The notes below the pieces were generated by a model. That model was not told where the DNA came from and did no database searches. It saw nothing but the letters and a program-made list of their open reading frames with translations. Positions 38,492 through 52,619 of a stretch of DNA of 64,000 bases are shown here, piece after piece. Position 1 is the stretch's first letter. Each line of letters starts with the position of its first letter. Made by a program: the position numbers and the translations under genes. The stretch comes from Octopus vulgaris (lineage: Eukaryota). The stretch is from NCBI GenBank assembly GCA_951406725.2, contig OX597823.1:54312001-54376000 (forward strand), read 5' to 3'.

Positions 38492-41400
38492 ATGGACTTT
38501 AGCTATGATCAAACACCAATTTTATCTGAAGAAGATATTAAAACAAAATTGCCAAAAGAGGAAACTGAATCAGAATCATGTCAAATAGAAACCAAAACAG
38601 TTTCTGAAACTTTACCTACACAAACTGTTTCAAGTGAAGAAACAGGATTAAGTTTTGAACAGCTTGGATTTAAAAATGGATCACAAACAAATGTGGAATG
38701 TAATAGTCCTCAGGAAAGATTCTTGCCAGAGTTGAAACATGGAGATGAACCAATGTTTCAGACCCTTTTGAAGCACATTGATCCAGAGGAAGAATCAGAG
38801 CTGAATTTCAAACAGGAAGATAAACCAGTATATCAAACATTTTCTGAAGAAACTACTCTAAACAAAGAACTAGGGTTGAATTTCGAACAACAGGAATATA
38901 AACCAGTGTATCAGACATTTCATGAAGAAGCCATTCCAAAGGAAGGATTGGAGCTGGATTTCAAACAAGAATTTAACACAGTATATGAAACATTTCAAGA
39001 AATTATTCCAAAAGAAGGTCTGACACTGGATTTCAAACAACAGGAAGATAGACCAGTATCACAGACATCTGATGGAGAAACCAGTCCAAAGGAAGAACTA
39101 GGGCTGGATTTCAAACCACAGGAAGATAAACCATTGTGGCCAACATTTGCTGAAGAGAGCATTCCAAAGGAAGATCTAAAGTTGGGTTTCAAACAAGAAG
39201 ATGAAATAGTATATCAGACATTTCCTGAAGAGAGTATTGCAAAGAAAGAACTAGGACTAGATTTCAATCAGGAAGAAAATAAACCAAAATCATTTAGTGA
39301 AGAAACTATCCCACTAGTATCTCAGGCATCTGCTGAAGAAAGTATTCTGAAGGAAGAGCTGGGACTGGATTTCAATCAAGAAGAAAATAAACAAGAATCT
39401 CAATCATTTGGCGAAGAAACTATCCCACAGGAAGATTTAGGACTGGATTTTGTTCAAGAAGAAAATAAACTGAAATCTCAATCATTTGGTGAAGAAACTA
39501 TCCCACAGGAAGATTTAGGACTGGATTTTGTTCAAGAAGAAAATAAACTGAAATCTCAATCATTTGGTGAAGAAACTATCCCACAAGAATATGTAAAGTT
39601 GAATTTAAAACAAGAAGAGGATAAACTAGTATCTCAGACATCCGCCGAAGAAAGTATGTCAAAGGAAGGGCCAGGACTGGATTTCAATCAAGAAGAAAAT
39701 AAACAAGAATCTCAGACATTTCTTGAAGAAAGTATTCCAAAGGAAGAGCTGGGACTGGATTTCGTTCAAGAAGAAAATAAACTGAAATTTCAGTCATTTG
39801 GCGAAGAAAGTATTCCAAAGGAAGATTTAGGACTGGATTTTGTTCAAGAAGAAAATAAACAAAAATCACAGACATTTGGTGAAGAAACTATCCCACAGGA
39901 ATATGTAAAGTTGAATTTCAAACAAGAAGAGGATAAACTAGTATCTCAGACATCTGCTGAAGAAAGTATGTCGAAGGAAGAGCCAGGACTGGATTTCAAT
40001 CAAGAAGAAAATAAAAAAGATTCTCAGACATTTGGTGAAGAAAGTATTCCAAAGGAAGATCTAGGACTGGATTTTGTTCAAGAAGAAAATAAACAAAAAT
40101 CTCAGACATTTGGTGAAGAAACTATCCCACAGGAATATGTAACGTTGAATTTCAAACAAGAAGAGGATAAACTAGTATCTCAGACATCTGCTGAAGAAAG
40201 TATGTCGAAGGAAGAGCCAGGACTGGATTTCAATCAAGAAGAAAATAAAAAAGATTCTCAGACATTTGGTGAAGAAAGTATTCCAAAGGAAGATCTAGGA
40301 CTGGATTTTGTTCAAGAAGAAAATAAACAAAAATCTCAGACATTTGGTGAAGAAACTATCCCACAGGAATATGTAACGTTGAATTTCAAACAAGAAGAGG
40401 ATAAACTAGTATCTCAGACATCTGCCGAAGAAAGTATGTCGAAGGAAGAGCCAGGACTGGATTTCAATCAAGAAGAAAATAAAAAAGAATCTCAGACATT
40501 TGGTGAAGAAAGTATTCCAAAGGAAGATCTAGGACTGGATTTTGTTCAAGAAGTAAATAAACAAAAATCCCAGACATTTGGCGAAGAAATTATTCCAAAG
40601 GAAGATCTAGGACTAGATTTCGTTCAAGAAGAAAATAAACAAGAATCTCAGACATTTGGTGAAGAAACTATTCCACAAGAATATGTAAAGTTGAATTTAA
40701 AACAAGAAGAGGATAAACTAGTATCTCAGACATCTGCTGAAGAAAGCATGTCAAAAGAAGAGCCAGGATTGGATTTCAATCAAGAAGAAAATAAACAAGA
40801 ATCTCAGACATTTCTTGAAGAAAGTATTCCAAAGGAAGATCTAGGACTGGATTTCAAACAACAAGTATCTCAGACATTTGCCAAAGAAAGAATTCCAAAA
40901 GAAGAACTTGGACTGGATATGAAAAACCAGGAAGATAAATCAGTATCCCAGACATATTCTGAACAAACCATACCACCAGAAGAACGATTGCATGAAGATA
41001 AATCAGTGACCCAAGCTTTTTTTCAACATAATCTGCCAAATAAAGAACCAACTCTGGATATAGAGAAAAAAGAGAAGCCATTCTATGGGGCAGTCACCGT
41101 TGAGGCTTCTTATGAAGGAGAAATTAAGAAAAAGAAAGAAGTAGAAGCTTTAGCTGATAGTGAAGTACCATCTAGTAAAATGTCCCCCCATAATGAATGG
41201 GGGTACTCAAAGTTACAATCACCACAAGAAACCTCACCTCAAGGTGCTGAAGAATTTCAAAGCCAAATCAGACCTTCCTTATTAGAGCAAGTGAGTCCTA
41301 GAGAATTTTTTAATGACAACAATGCTATTTGTGATGAAGGTGTAATGGATGAAGTACAAGCCATGCAACAGAAATCTGATGCTGAAATAGAATCATTAGA

Positions 41401-41575
41401 AAAGGAAATTGAAAATTTAACTAGTCTACCAATTAGAATTTTGCACAAACCAAAAGATACTAATCGATATACTCCTGTTGATGAATCTTATTCATCTAGT
41501 TCTGAAGAAGAGGAATCTTCAACACAACAAAATTACTCAAAAGAAATCTCTTCAGATCAAATGGAAAATTCAAAG
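38492..41575 (+). CDS. Giant coding exon (alternative N-terminus, variant 2), 1028 aa, Glu-rich with about 30 x 26-aa tandem repeats
   Basis: 3.1-kb uninterrupted ORF in AT-rich DNA. In-frame stop upstream (38420-38422); ATG at 38492; donor AAG|GTAAGA at 41575/41576, phase 0. Indels between repeat units preserve the frame. Confidence 0.85.
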
Positions 41576-42629
41576 GTAAGAATTTGTATAGCATAACAAA
41601 TATGAACTGTCATGCCTATAAGGAGATGAGTGCGATAACTTCTTTATATAATAATTTTAGATAAAAATCATGATAGCAGTTTGTATAAATATAAATTGTA
41701 ATATACTTTAGTTATAATTTTCAGTTTAGAATAACATTAAGAATCTTGAAAAAATTTTACTTGGGAAAAGCTTATAAAAATATAGGATAGCTCATTTGTT
41801 TAAAAACATCTTCCAACACAACAAATTTTCTATCACATAAACATGATCCTATACAAAGTAAAAGTATGCTCCACTCTATCACACTATGTATTAGAAACAT
41901 CTGTTTCATGTAAACATTTTAGACCACATAACTGCCCAAAATAACTCAGTCAAACTGATACAACCTCTAACATAGTACAACGGTACAATTACTTAAACAC
42001 CGAAGTACTTTTATCAAGACTACTGATTCTCTAACCTAACATGTTGCATACCACCTTCAAGTAACCTCATTCAATTTACTCAACTCTTCTCACATCAACC
42101 TTATGATTTCTCATTTCTGAAACTCTGTATCACATTCTTAATTTTCAAAACTATTACCTTTGTAACTTCTTCACTATCTGTTTTACATACAGTAAACATC
42201 CTGCAGAAACTCAACTTGAACATAAGTTGCATTGACCTAACTCTATCAGGGGTGGGGTTTGAAAAGATCAAGTGTACTATTACTAGTCGAGTACAAAAAC
42301 AATTTTGTTGCACAGCAACTAATATTTGTGCTGCACTGATTCCTCTTAGCTTCTCATAATCGGGAACAAGTTTTTGATGAAATTTTCCTAAGTCCTTATT
42401 ATTAAGGACTTATTATTAAAAATTTGCATTTCATGAATCTTCTATAGTAGGATGGCTATATTATTATCAATTCTGCTAGAATTTAAAAGCTATATTAATA
42501 TTATTAATTCTGTCAAGGTTAATTTTATCTTTGATGTCTTCAGTGTCTATAAAATAAGAACCAGTCGAGCACTGGGGTCAGTGTAATTGACTAGTCCCCT
42601 CCCACCAAATTTCAGGCCTTGTGCCTCCT

Positions 42630-42672
<43 letters not shown>

Positions 42673-42814
42673 CTGAGTTCAAATTCCCCTGAGGTTGATT
42701 TTGTCTTTCATCCTTTTGAGGTCGATAAAATAAGTATCAGCTGAGCAGTGGGGTCAATGTAAACAAATTAACCCTTCCCAAAATTGCTGGACTTGCACCA
42801 AAATCTGAAACCAG

Positions 42815-43690
42815 CCCTCTCCCAGTCGGGCAATGGGATTGATGGATGTTCTGCTTTAGAAATTTATAGAGGATTATTGGCGGGTATGTGCAACGACATT
42901 TTTGGGGAGATCTGGGCGCTGATGAGAATGTACTGGCTTGTCTGTTCCAGAGGACTTCTGGTCAGGAACTATCATGGATGATTTCCAGATGTCCTTGGCC
43001 TGGCAGTGCTACTGGGGAGGGAGTGGCGCTACTGGTTCAAGATAAACTCTACAGGCATGGATGTGCTGTCAGACAGGCTTGTCCGACGTGTGTGCAGAGT
43101 GATGAAATCATTCTGCACACCCTAGTTCAGTGTCTGGGTATTGCTGACTTGTGGAATTATGTCAAACAGCTTCTGTCATATGTTGGATGGATCCATCTGT
43201 TGAGTGAGTCTGTAGTAATGATTGCTCCACTGCCCTCCTCCTTCAATCGGGCAGGCAAAGCAGTTTTGATTTGCCTGGTGACTGTGATGAAAGAGGTTGT
43301 TTGGTGGACAAGGCTGAAAGGCATGAGGACAGATACATTCCTCTTTGGCAGAGCTCTCATCGACTTTTTCCAGTTTCACATGGAAAGGAAATTGAGAGTG
43401 GAGTGGGAAGTGCTGTCCTCGAGTGAGTTTATTGAAAGGTGGGTGAAAGTTGTGAAAATGGAAAGAGTGGATGGTAGGAATTGGAGAGGGCACTTGCTCT
43501 TGGGTTTTCAGGGAAATCGCAGATAGTGGGGTTCCTTGATTATCCCTAGAAGCCTTCCTGTATCAGGAGGGTCACATCTCTATCATCCTCTTTTTTTATC
43601 ATTTCATTATATATAAACCTCCACGCTTTATGCCTGTCTTTATATTGTCCCCCTCATCCTTTGCCCTTGTAGCAAATAAATGAAATGAAA
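42815..43690 (+). mobile_element. Tx1/L1-clade LINE 3' end (post-RT zinc knuckle and 3' UTR)
   Basis: LVQDKLYRHG...CPTCVQSDEIILHTLVQC..IADLW...VVWWTR is a CxxC..E...H....C knuckle. Pyrimidine-rich UTR ending AATAAATGAAATGAAA. Confidence 0.75.
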
Positions 43691-43691
43691 T

Positions 43692-43952
43692 CAGGGATAT
43701 TTAGCCTCATGACTGGCATGAACTTATAAAATTTTTGGGATCGATCTGGTACTGGACAAGGACTCTGGATTATTTTTCCAGTTTTTTTTACTTAATTTTT
43801 GAGAGCAGTTGGGTTCATTTTTAGCACTCCCATTTGTGAGAGCAGTCGAGTTTATTTCAGATATTCTCATTTAAAAAAATCATCTCCAGCTAATTGTTGA
43901 GAGGACGTTGGTGTTGCCCTGGTGGAGGTTTGCTCTTAGAGGGCTCTTGTTA
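43692..43952 (+). mobile_element. Probable Helentron-associated (HINE/DINE-like) element end
   Basis: Ends GCCCTGGTGGAGGTTTGCTCTTAGAGGGCTCTTGTT, resembling the GGCGGAGG..GCGCTCT..GAGTGC..TT terminus of such elements (from memory). Confidence 0.4.
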
Positions 43953-44146
43953 TTATTGTTATTCTTATTCTTATTATTATAAGGCAGCAAGCTGGCAGAA
44001 TCATTAGCATGCTGAAGAGAATGTTTAGCAGCATTTTGTCCATTTTGTCATTCATCCTTTTGGGGTCGATGAAATAAGTGTAGATAGATCAAATGCCACT
44101 AAACATTTTGTTTGGCGTGCTAGCAGTTCTACCAGCTCACTGCCTT

Positions 44147-44309
44147 AACAACAACAACAACAACAACAACAATAATAGTAGTAATAATAATAATAATAAT
44201 AATAGTAATAATAATAATAGTAATAATAATAATAGTAGTAATAATAATAATAATAATAATAATAATAGTAATAATAATAATAGTAATAATAATAATAGTA
44301 ATAATAATA

Positions 44310-44345
<36 letters not shown>

Positions 44346-44576
44346 GTAATAATAATAATAATAATAGTAATAGTAATAATAATAATAGTAATAATAGTAA
44401 TAATAATAATAGTAATAATAATAATAATAATAATAATAGTAATAATAATAATAGTAATAATAATAATAATAATAGTAATAATAATAATAATAGTAATAAT
44501 AGTAATAATAATAATAATAATAATAATAGTAATAATAAAAATTATAATAATAATAATAATAGTAATAATAATAATA

Positions 44577-44610
<34 letters not shown>
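44147..44610. repeat. (AAC)n/(AAT)n/(AGT) trinucleotide microsatellite
   Basis: Seen directly; lies between two family B SINE pieces. Confidence 0.95.
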
Positions 44611-44611
<1 letters not shown>

Positions 44612-44889
44612 GCTTTCTATTAAAGGTGCAAGGCCTGAAATTTGGGGAGAGGGGACTAGTTGATTACATCAGCCCTAGTGCACTGGTACTTAATTTATTC
44701 TCCTGAAAAGGATGAAAAGCAAAGTCAAACTCAGCGGAATTTGAACTCAGAACATAAAGATGGACAAAATGCTGCTAAGCATTTTGCCTGGTATGCTATT
44801 GATCTGGCAGCTAACCTCCTTAATAATAATAATAATAATAATAATGATGATGATGATAATGCAATAACAAGCAGTGGTTCTGATGGCTT

Positions 44890-45390
44890 CTAATCTGAAT
44901 TGATTAGAAGTGTTTTCATGTACATGTTTTGTCTTGGTGTAAAAGAGAGGCTACAGCAAGTATTCTGCCCAATACCGCAGATTTGCTTGTCACTGGCTTG
45001 ACCATAACCAGTTGAACATGCCCTTAAGTGGCTGACGATATGTGCATCTCTGATCATGAGCAGGTGTAGTATGTTGAGAGGGATTATTTGGGGTTTGAAT
45101 AATTCACCCCTGGAATTGTGTGTGTTTCATTCATCTTCCTTAAACAACCTTTATTCAGGGTTATTTTGAGTGGGATGGGCAACTTGACCTGACGAAAATT
45201 TTCACTAGGCGCCCCATTTGCAAAGTCATGCACTGTTTATCATGATAGGAGGTCACCATGTCACACACATATAGTTATGGTGAACGTGCCTGCTGTATCG
45301 TTATCAGATGGGTAGTCATGATGGGTATATTGGTCTTCATATATTTGTACCCTAGCATCACTTTGATGGTGTGTGCTGCTCTCTCATTCA

Positions 45391-45392
<2 letters not shown>
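44890..45392. mobile_element. Unclassified interspersed element embedded in (TAA)n, possibly a non-coding end of a Dong-like LINE
   Basis: Higher-GC block of about 500 bp bounded by TAA repeats; no ORF. The class assignment is tentative. Confidence 0.35.
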
Positions 45393-45440
<48 letters not shown>

Positions 45441-45441
<1 letters not shown>

Positions 45442-45589
45442 TTTTAAAAAGGATTGACGTAACTCTTCACAAAGGTAAGCAGTCAAGATGAAGAGTGCAA
45501 TTCGATTGTAAGATATTTTATTAGTTGAACGATATTTCAACAGACATTCAACTAATAAAATACCTTACAATAGAATCACGCTCTTCGTC
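45441..45589. mobile_element. Small asymmetric hairpin element in (TAA)n
   Basis: Arms 45487-45529 and 45547-45589 are inverted, with a tail of about 45 nt on the left only. Confidence 0.55.
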
Positions 45590-45977
45590 ATAATAATAAT
45601 GATAATAATAATAATAATAATAATAGTGCCGATGGCACGTTAAAAGCGCCATCCGACCGTGGCCGATGCCAGTGCCGCCCTGATTGGCTTTTTTTACGTT
45701 GGCACGTTAAAAGCACCAATATGATCATGGCTATTGCCAGCCTCGTCTGGCACCTGTACCCGTGGCACGTAAAAAGCACCCACTACACTCATGGAGTGGT
45801 TGGCGTTAGGAAGGGCATCCAGCAGTAGAAACACTGCCAGATCAGACTGGAGCCTGGTGCAGCCTTCTGGCTTCCCAGATCCCGGTTGAACCGTCCAACC
45901 CATGCTAGCATGGAAAACGGACGTTAAACGATGATGATGATGATAATGATGATGATGATGATGTTGTTATTATTATA

Positions 45978-46255
45978 AAGTACCAGGGCTTAGCCATTGA
46001 GTTACAGAGACTATGGAAAGTGCAAGTAAAATGTACCCCTGTAGTCATAGCTGCATTAGAAACTATCCATAAAGATTTGAGCAGATGGATAGAGAAAATA
46101 GGTATAAAACCTAGTTTAGTGTAGCTCCAGAAAACAGTGTCATTAGGGACACCTGGGATACTTAGGAAGGCTCTTGGCATCTAAGGTTAATTGTTGTAGC
46201 TCGATGTTATGAAATTTTCTTTTCCAACAGTTTAATCTGTTGTGCATATGTAAAA
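45978..46255 (+). mobile_element. 5'-truncated R4/Dong-clade LINE 3' end
   Basis: KYQGLAIELQRLWKVQVKCTPVVIAAL...LQKTVSLGTPGILRKALGI* (stop 46182-46184), short UTR, TAA/TTA repeats on both sides. Confidence 0.8.
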
Positions 46256-46665
46256 TAATAATAATATTTTACATATGACAATGATATATAGATATGATAT
46301 AATCATACATATATATATAGACATAATAACAATTTACTGAAGTAGCCTAGTTTTACACCCAGATGCACACACCCAAATAAACCAGTTGATAAGCAAAAAT
46401 GTTAAGAAAACTACTTTTAATGGAAACATAAAAAGAAATAATCACAATGTGTATGTATGAGTACATATATATATATGTATATATATAGATATATAGATAT
46501 ATATACATATACATATATATATATATATATAATAATAATAATATTAGGGAGTAAATCCAAACTTACAGGGAAAAATTAGATTTAGGATTAAATCTAATTT
46601 TACAGTATAAATATATATATTAAATTAGAGATAAAAGATTTGCCTAATAGTGGTTTTATCTCTAA

Positions 46666-46707
<42 letters not shown>

Positions 46708-46847
46708 CATATGATAAAATATTTTAATCTGAAATTCTGAATAAGGTTTATGAATACTACTCACAGCAGAAAGATAGTGATGTGTATGCGTATGTGTGTG
46801 CATGCTGGTACACAAGCATAGAAATATATAAATACATATATGCATAC

Positions 46848-46929
<82 letters not shown>

Positions 46930-47036
46930 TTGTGTGTGTGTGTATAGGTATGGTGATGCAAACAAGTAAAATAAAGCTCAAAATATGAGTGAAAGTTTAT
47001 TTTTATTAGTATTTAGCAGAACCAACAGAATAAATA

Positions 47037-47078
<42 letters not shown>

Positions 47079-48711
47079 CACATCTATCTATCTATCTGTA
47101 TGTATGAATTTATTGGATACGCTTGATGCTCCACATTTAAATCATGTTGGTTTCAGCTCTAATGTTACACGTTAAACTGATACCCTCACTTATATACACT
47201 GGCTGTCTGTGTCCAAGGGTTGGCTATGACTTAATACAAACAGCACAGCAATAATAAAGGAAAAGTTCATGGGCATAACTTAATGCTCCATTATTACAGT
47301 TGTTACATATGTTTTAGTGTTTGGCAACACATGACATACCACTATAGATGCAGCCACTAGATGCAGCTTATAGGGACAGCATGGAGCAAATGCATTGTCA
47401 GACTCTCAGAAAAGTAATATAAGTTAGAGGCAAGCAGCAACCTAATTGAACCCTTTAGTATTCAAATTACTCTGTGAAATTTAATACTCATTAATTCGCA
47501 TTGTTTTGAATTAACCCTTCAAATTACCATTCAAATTATCCTGTTCATTAAAATGCTTTATTATTCAGTTATTCTGTATTAATCATGCATCATCTTATAG
47601 CTGTGGCATTTAGATGAAGTGATTGTTTATTTTTAGATTGACATTGTAGGGTAGGTGTGAGAGACGAAATCTGACTGGTTTAAACACAAAGCAGGGAGAA
47701 TATTTTGGTATGATATGGCGAGTTTAAATGCTAAAGGATTAATCATGCATTATCTTATGACTTTGGAGATTTAAATGATGTGATTGTATATTTTTAGAAT
47801 GACATTGTTGGGTAGGTGTAAGAGGCCAGATTTTGACTGCTTGAACATAAAACAGATAGCATATTTGAGCTGGATATGGCTAGTTTAAATGCCAAAGGTC
47901 TAAACACATTGGAGGCATATGCCAGAGAAGGGGGATGGAGGAGGTATATATATATATCATCAATGTATCATGTATCCGAAAAAGAAGCACACTCTAAAAC
48001 ATACAACAGTATTGTATCAAAAGCAATTGGGTCTTTGACTGGACATTGCCCCAATTATTTTTAATATATATAAATATGTATACAGTTACACATACCCAAG
48101 AGCAGAATAAAACAAGAGATTTAGTTGATATTTTTACTACATCATAGATGACATAAGTTTTAAATATTTTTACACTATCAAATACTAGTATCTTGTGCAG
48201 TAATCATCACCTAGATGATTGCACAATCACATTGAAATGTCAGAACTTTAGAAGTAAATAGTATTTTAACTCACTGTTGTTTACTAACCCCAGTTGGTTG
48301 CCAGTGCTAGATAAGAACTGTATGTACATTTAGGAGAGAATTTTATATACAGATAGACAGAAAGAAAGAAGGAAGAGAAAGTTTGTAGTGAGAGGGTGTC
48401 TTAGGAAATGAAGAAATCCAACAACGAAATTGTTGTTGATTTAAGAATATTCCAAGTTAACAATAATAAATGGTTCAGTTGCAGAGAAAAATAGGTTGGA
48501 ATTTGGTTAATGAGAAGTTGCTGTATATATGTCTACACACACGTATATATGCACACATTCACATGTATTCATATATGTATATAACATTTGTTTATTTACA
48601 TCCACTGACATACATCAAAGCATACAAACTTACACATACAAAATGTAGTAAAAGTTCAAATACATACTCACCTATAATATAAGCACATGCACCTGACTTG
48701 AAGAGAGAGAG

Positions 48712-48757
<46 letters not shown>

Positions 48758-49858
48758 GAAGTGAGAGTGTGTAACTATACAAAGAACAAAAAAACTTAAT
48801 GATTTGGTCAGTTTGTATTATTGTTTTCTACATTCTAAATGTTGCCCATTTTAGGGCTATACATATTGGTTTCAAATTTTGGCACAAGGCCAGCAATTTC
48901 AGAGGGGTGACTTATTTTATTAACTCGAAAAAGATGAAAGGCAAAGTTGACCTTGGTGTAATTTGAATTCAGAATGTAAATTTAGGGCTATACATATTGA
49001 TAAATATTAATTCAAGTGTTTATGATATTTTTAGTGTACATCTTATTTTAATAAAACTTATCTGCAGATGTCAGAATATATCATAATATTTGTGAAATTT
49101 GGTGCTGTAGAGTAAGAGAATTTAACTGTGTACCTATTAAAAATGCAGTGATATCTTTAGTTTGGAAGAAAGTTCCTGCTTAATGTATAAATGAAAACTT
49201 CAGGTATATTAGTCCTAATAATTTTTCACTTATTGTGAGTTAAACCAAATTACATTCCTGTGTCTCATTTTAACATTTTTGAGTTTTCATGGGTGGTAGT
49301 AATTTTCATGCAAATTATACCATAATTAATGCTTGTGGGTTTTTTTGAAGATGTGTTGCAGAATAGATTATGATATTTTTTATCTTACCTTTTAAGTCAG
49401 ATTTTATATTAGTATTAAGTATGTTGTGGCCATTTGATTCAATCTTATTATTAGAATTGTGCATATAATTTATTTTGCTACAGTTTTTAACTCTATCTTT
49501 AGCTGTATATTCACTCTTAAGATTTTTAGATTTGGTAAGTTCATTTGTTACTTAAATTAAAACTTCCTGATTATCTGCAAATTTATCAGTTTAGTTTCTG
49601 AGCATATCTATATTTTACTATTTTTATGCCTGACATCTTCCTAGTTACATTATCATTTAATTGATTATTTGGTATATTTTTATGTTTGGATGGTTGAGTT
49701 ATATATATATTTACATACATATATTTATATCATAGGCATTGAAACAGTGGGTGCAAGTGCACTCATAAAATTTTTGGTGGGCAATGAAAATGCTTTGAAC
49801 ATCCTCCTCAAAATCTGGATTTATATCCCCTAAGAAAATTTCATTCCTACACTTTAGC

Positions 49859-49890
<32 letters not shown>

Positions 49891-49986
49891 GCTAACATAG
49901 TAGGATACAGTATTGACTTATAAAGCCTTTAATATACTTGATAGCATATTATGGTCACATAACAAAATATTGTGTCCCTACAAGTA

Positions 49987-50042
<56 letters not shown>

Positions 50043-50556
50043 TATATAATATAAAAAATATATTCTTTTATTCTTTTACTTGTTTCAGTCATTTGACTGC
50101 GGCTATGCTGCAGCACTGCCTTTAGTCAAACAAATTGATCCCCAGGACTTATTCTTTGTAAACCTAGTACTTATTCTATCGATTTCTTTTGCCAAACTTC
50201 TATGTTACAAGGATGTAAACAAACCAGCATCAGTTGTCAAGCGATAGGGGAGGGAGATGCACTGACAAATATATACATATTGATATATATATATAGAGAG
50301 AGAGATATATATACGATGGGCTTCTTTGAGTTTCCATCTTCAAAATCCACTCACAAGGGTTTGGTCAAACTGAGGCTATAGTAGATGACAGTTGCTCAAA
50401 GTGCCATGCAGTTGACTGAGCCTGGAACCATGAGCTTGCGAAGCAAGCTTCTTACCTCACAGCCACGCTGCACCTATATATATATATATATATATATACA
50501 CAAGCACACACATATATATATATATATATACATACATACACATGCACGCACATATG

Positions 50557-51345
50557 CAGGGTGCATTAGATATTTGTGGATAGATTTATTTTTCTAAAAC
50601 AACATATATATAATAACAGATAATAACTTTATTTATCAAAAAATGCAATGAAGATAAAAATAAACCTTCTTTTCTATGATGTTATTCAATAAAGCCACCT
50701 TCAGCTTCAACAACTGCTTCTATATGAGATCTAAATCATTTACATGCTCGAATCGGGTGGTTCTGGTTCCTTTTGGACATTACTCTGACTATGGCAACTT
50801 TCAAAGGATCTTTGGTGTTATGGGCATGTTCATTGACCTCTCTCTCAGCAATGTTTCACATGTAATAGTCCAATGGATTGAGATCTGAGGAATTAGGAAT
50901 CCAAATGTTTGGAGTTATGCAATCATAAAAATTTTCTGCCATCCATTCCTGTGTTACTAGAGTCATGTGTGATAATGCAGAGTCTTATTAAAACACATAT
51001 GGCCTTCTTTTGCATACACTATCTATCCAGGGATTAAAAATTATTTCCAGGACCTCAATGAAGGCGTCAGAGTTAACTCTAAGGCCTTGTGGAATGTAGT
51101 AAGGAGGCATCACATCTCCTTCATTACTGATAACTTCTAAAACCATGACAGTTGCACGAAATTTTGTATGCATAACACTTGGAACTTCCAAAGGGTCTGC
51201 ACATAACCATCTGTCATTTCTTCTGCTAACTTTTTGATCTTGGTTGAAGTTTTTCTCATTTGAGAAACACCAAATCAAATCTTCTGCTGGATTTTTTTAT
51301 GTACTGACTACTTGGTAGAATTATTTCTAATTTTACCCTACCCTA
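50557..51345 (-). mobile_element. Tc1/mariner (maT/DD37D-like) transposase pseudogene
   Basis: WCFSNEKNF..NDRWL..HTKF.ATVMVL.VIS.EGDVMPP....GLRVN...F.EVL....PW......RPYVF is the DDE catalytic region, with a stop after PYVF. Confidence 0.85.
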
Positions 51346-51355
51346 TATTATATAT

Positions 51356-51393
<38 letters not shown>

Positions 51394-51395
<2 letters not shown>

Positions 51396-51608
51396 GAGTA
51401 AACACATAAATGTGAAACAAGGTGGAAAAAAGAGTACTCAAATACCAGTAGTAGAGTAATATGCTTTATTTAAAGCAGCAGAAAATTCAACAAAACTTGT
51501 TACTCTGAGTTTCCCGTTGCCGTTCATCGGACAGTTTTTGCTAGATGAACGGCAACGGGAAACTCAGAGTAACAGGTTTTGTTGAATTTTCTGCTGCTTT
51601 AAATAAAG

Positions 51609-51610
<2 letters not shown>
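51394..51610 (-). mobile_element. Penelope-like hairpin element with hammerhead
   Basis: Arms about 51462-51528 and 51544-51610, tail on the left, (TA)n flanks. The - strand reads AAAACTGT-CCGATGA-ACG-GCAA-CGG-GAAAC-TCAGA-GTA-ACAAGTTTT. Confidence 0.75.
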
Positions 51611-51640
<30 letters not shown>

Positions 51641-52054
51641 CACACACACATCATCATCATCATCATCATCGTTTAGCGTCCGTTTTCCATGCTAGCATGG
51701 GTTGGACGGTTCTACTGGGGTCTGTGAAGCCAGAAGGCTTCATCAGGCCCAGTCAAATCTGGCAGTGTTTCTACGGCTGGATGCCCTTCCTAACGCCAAC
51801 CACTCCATGAGTGTAGTGGGTGCTTTTTACGTGCCACCCGCACAGGTGCCAGACAGAGCTGGCAAACGGCCACGAACGGATGGTGCTTTTTATGTGCCAC
51901 CAGCACGAGGCTAGTCGGGGCGGTGCTGGCAACGGTCGCGAAATGGAAGGTTCTCTTACATGCCACCGGCACTGGTAACACATCTGCAATTTCCATTGAT
52001 CGATTTCGATTCTGATCCTGATCCTCACTTGCCTCAACAGGTCTTCACAAGTAG

Positions 52055-52092
<38 letters not shown>

Positions 52093-52619
52093 CATACATA
52101 CATACATACATACATGCATACATGCATGCATGCATGCATGCATACGTACGTACATACATACATATGTAGAGAGAGACATAGAGACACACAGAGAAATTTG
52201 CGTATAAATCTATGCATATAAACATAAGTGCCAAGGTACATATAAATATAGTTGCTTACAAATATGAATATATATGTTTACACATATAAATACATATGTT
52301 TACATACACACTCGCACATATTTTTAAATGTGCATGTGAGAGAGAGAGAATGAGAGAATGTGTGTGTATGTGTACAGGGAGAGAGATTTACATATATAAA
52401 TATATATATTTACATATATGCTTACATACACACATACATACATACATAGACATGCACACATGTGTGTGTATTTACATATGAACATGTGTTAATACACATG
52501 CACACACACACACACACATCATCATCATCATCATCTATATCACTGTATCAACTAGACTATCAGATATTGTTATACATTGATGGTCAGAAGCACTTCCAAT
52601 TCTTTCTTAACTGCACCTG

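Noticed and set aside
44093-44623. 176-aa ORF with a signal-peptide-like start and poly-Asn
   Set aside because: The start is a reversed family B SINE fragment and the rest is an (AAT)n microsatellite.
49500-49540. Consensus donor TTG|GTAAGT as a non-coding leader exon for the 54195 exon
   Set aside because: An isolated 6-mer is expected by chance; no supporting exon boundary.
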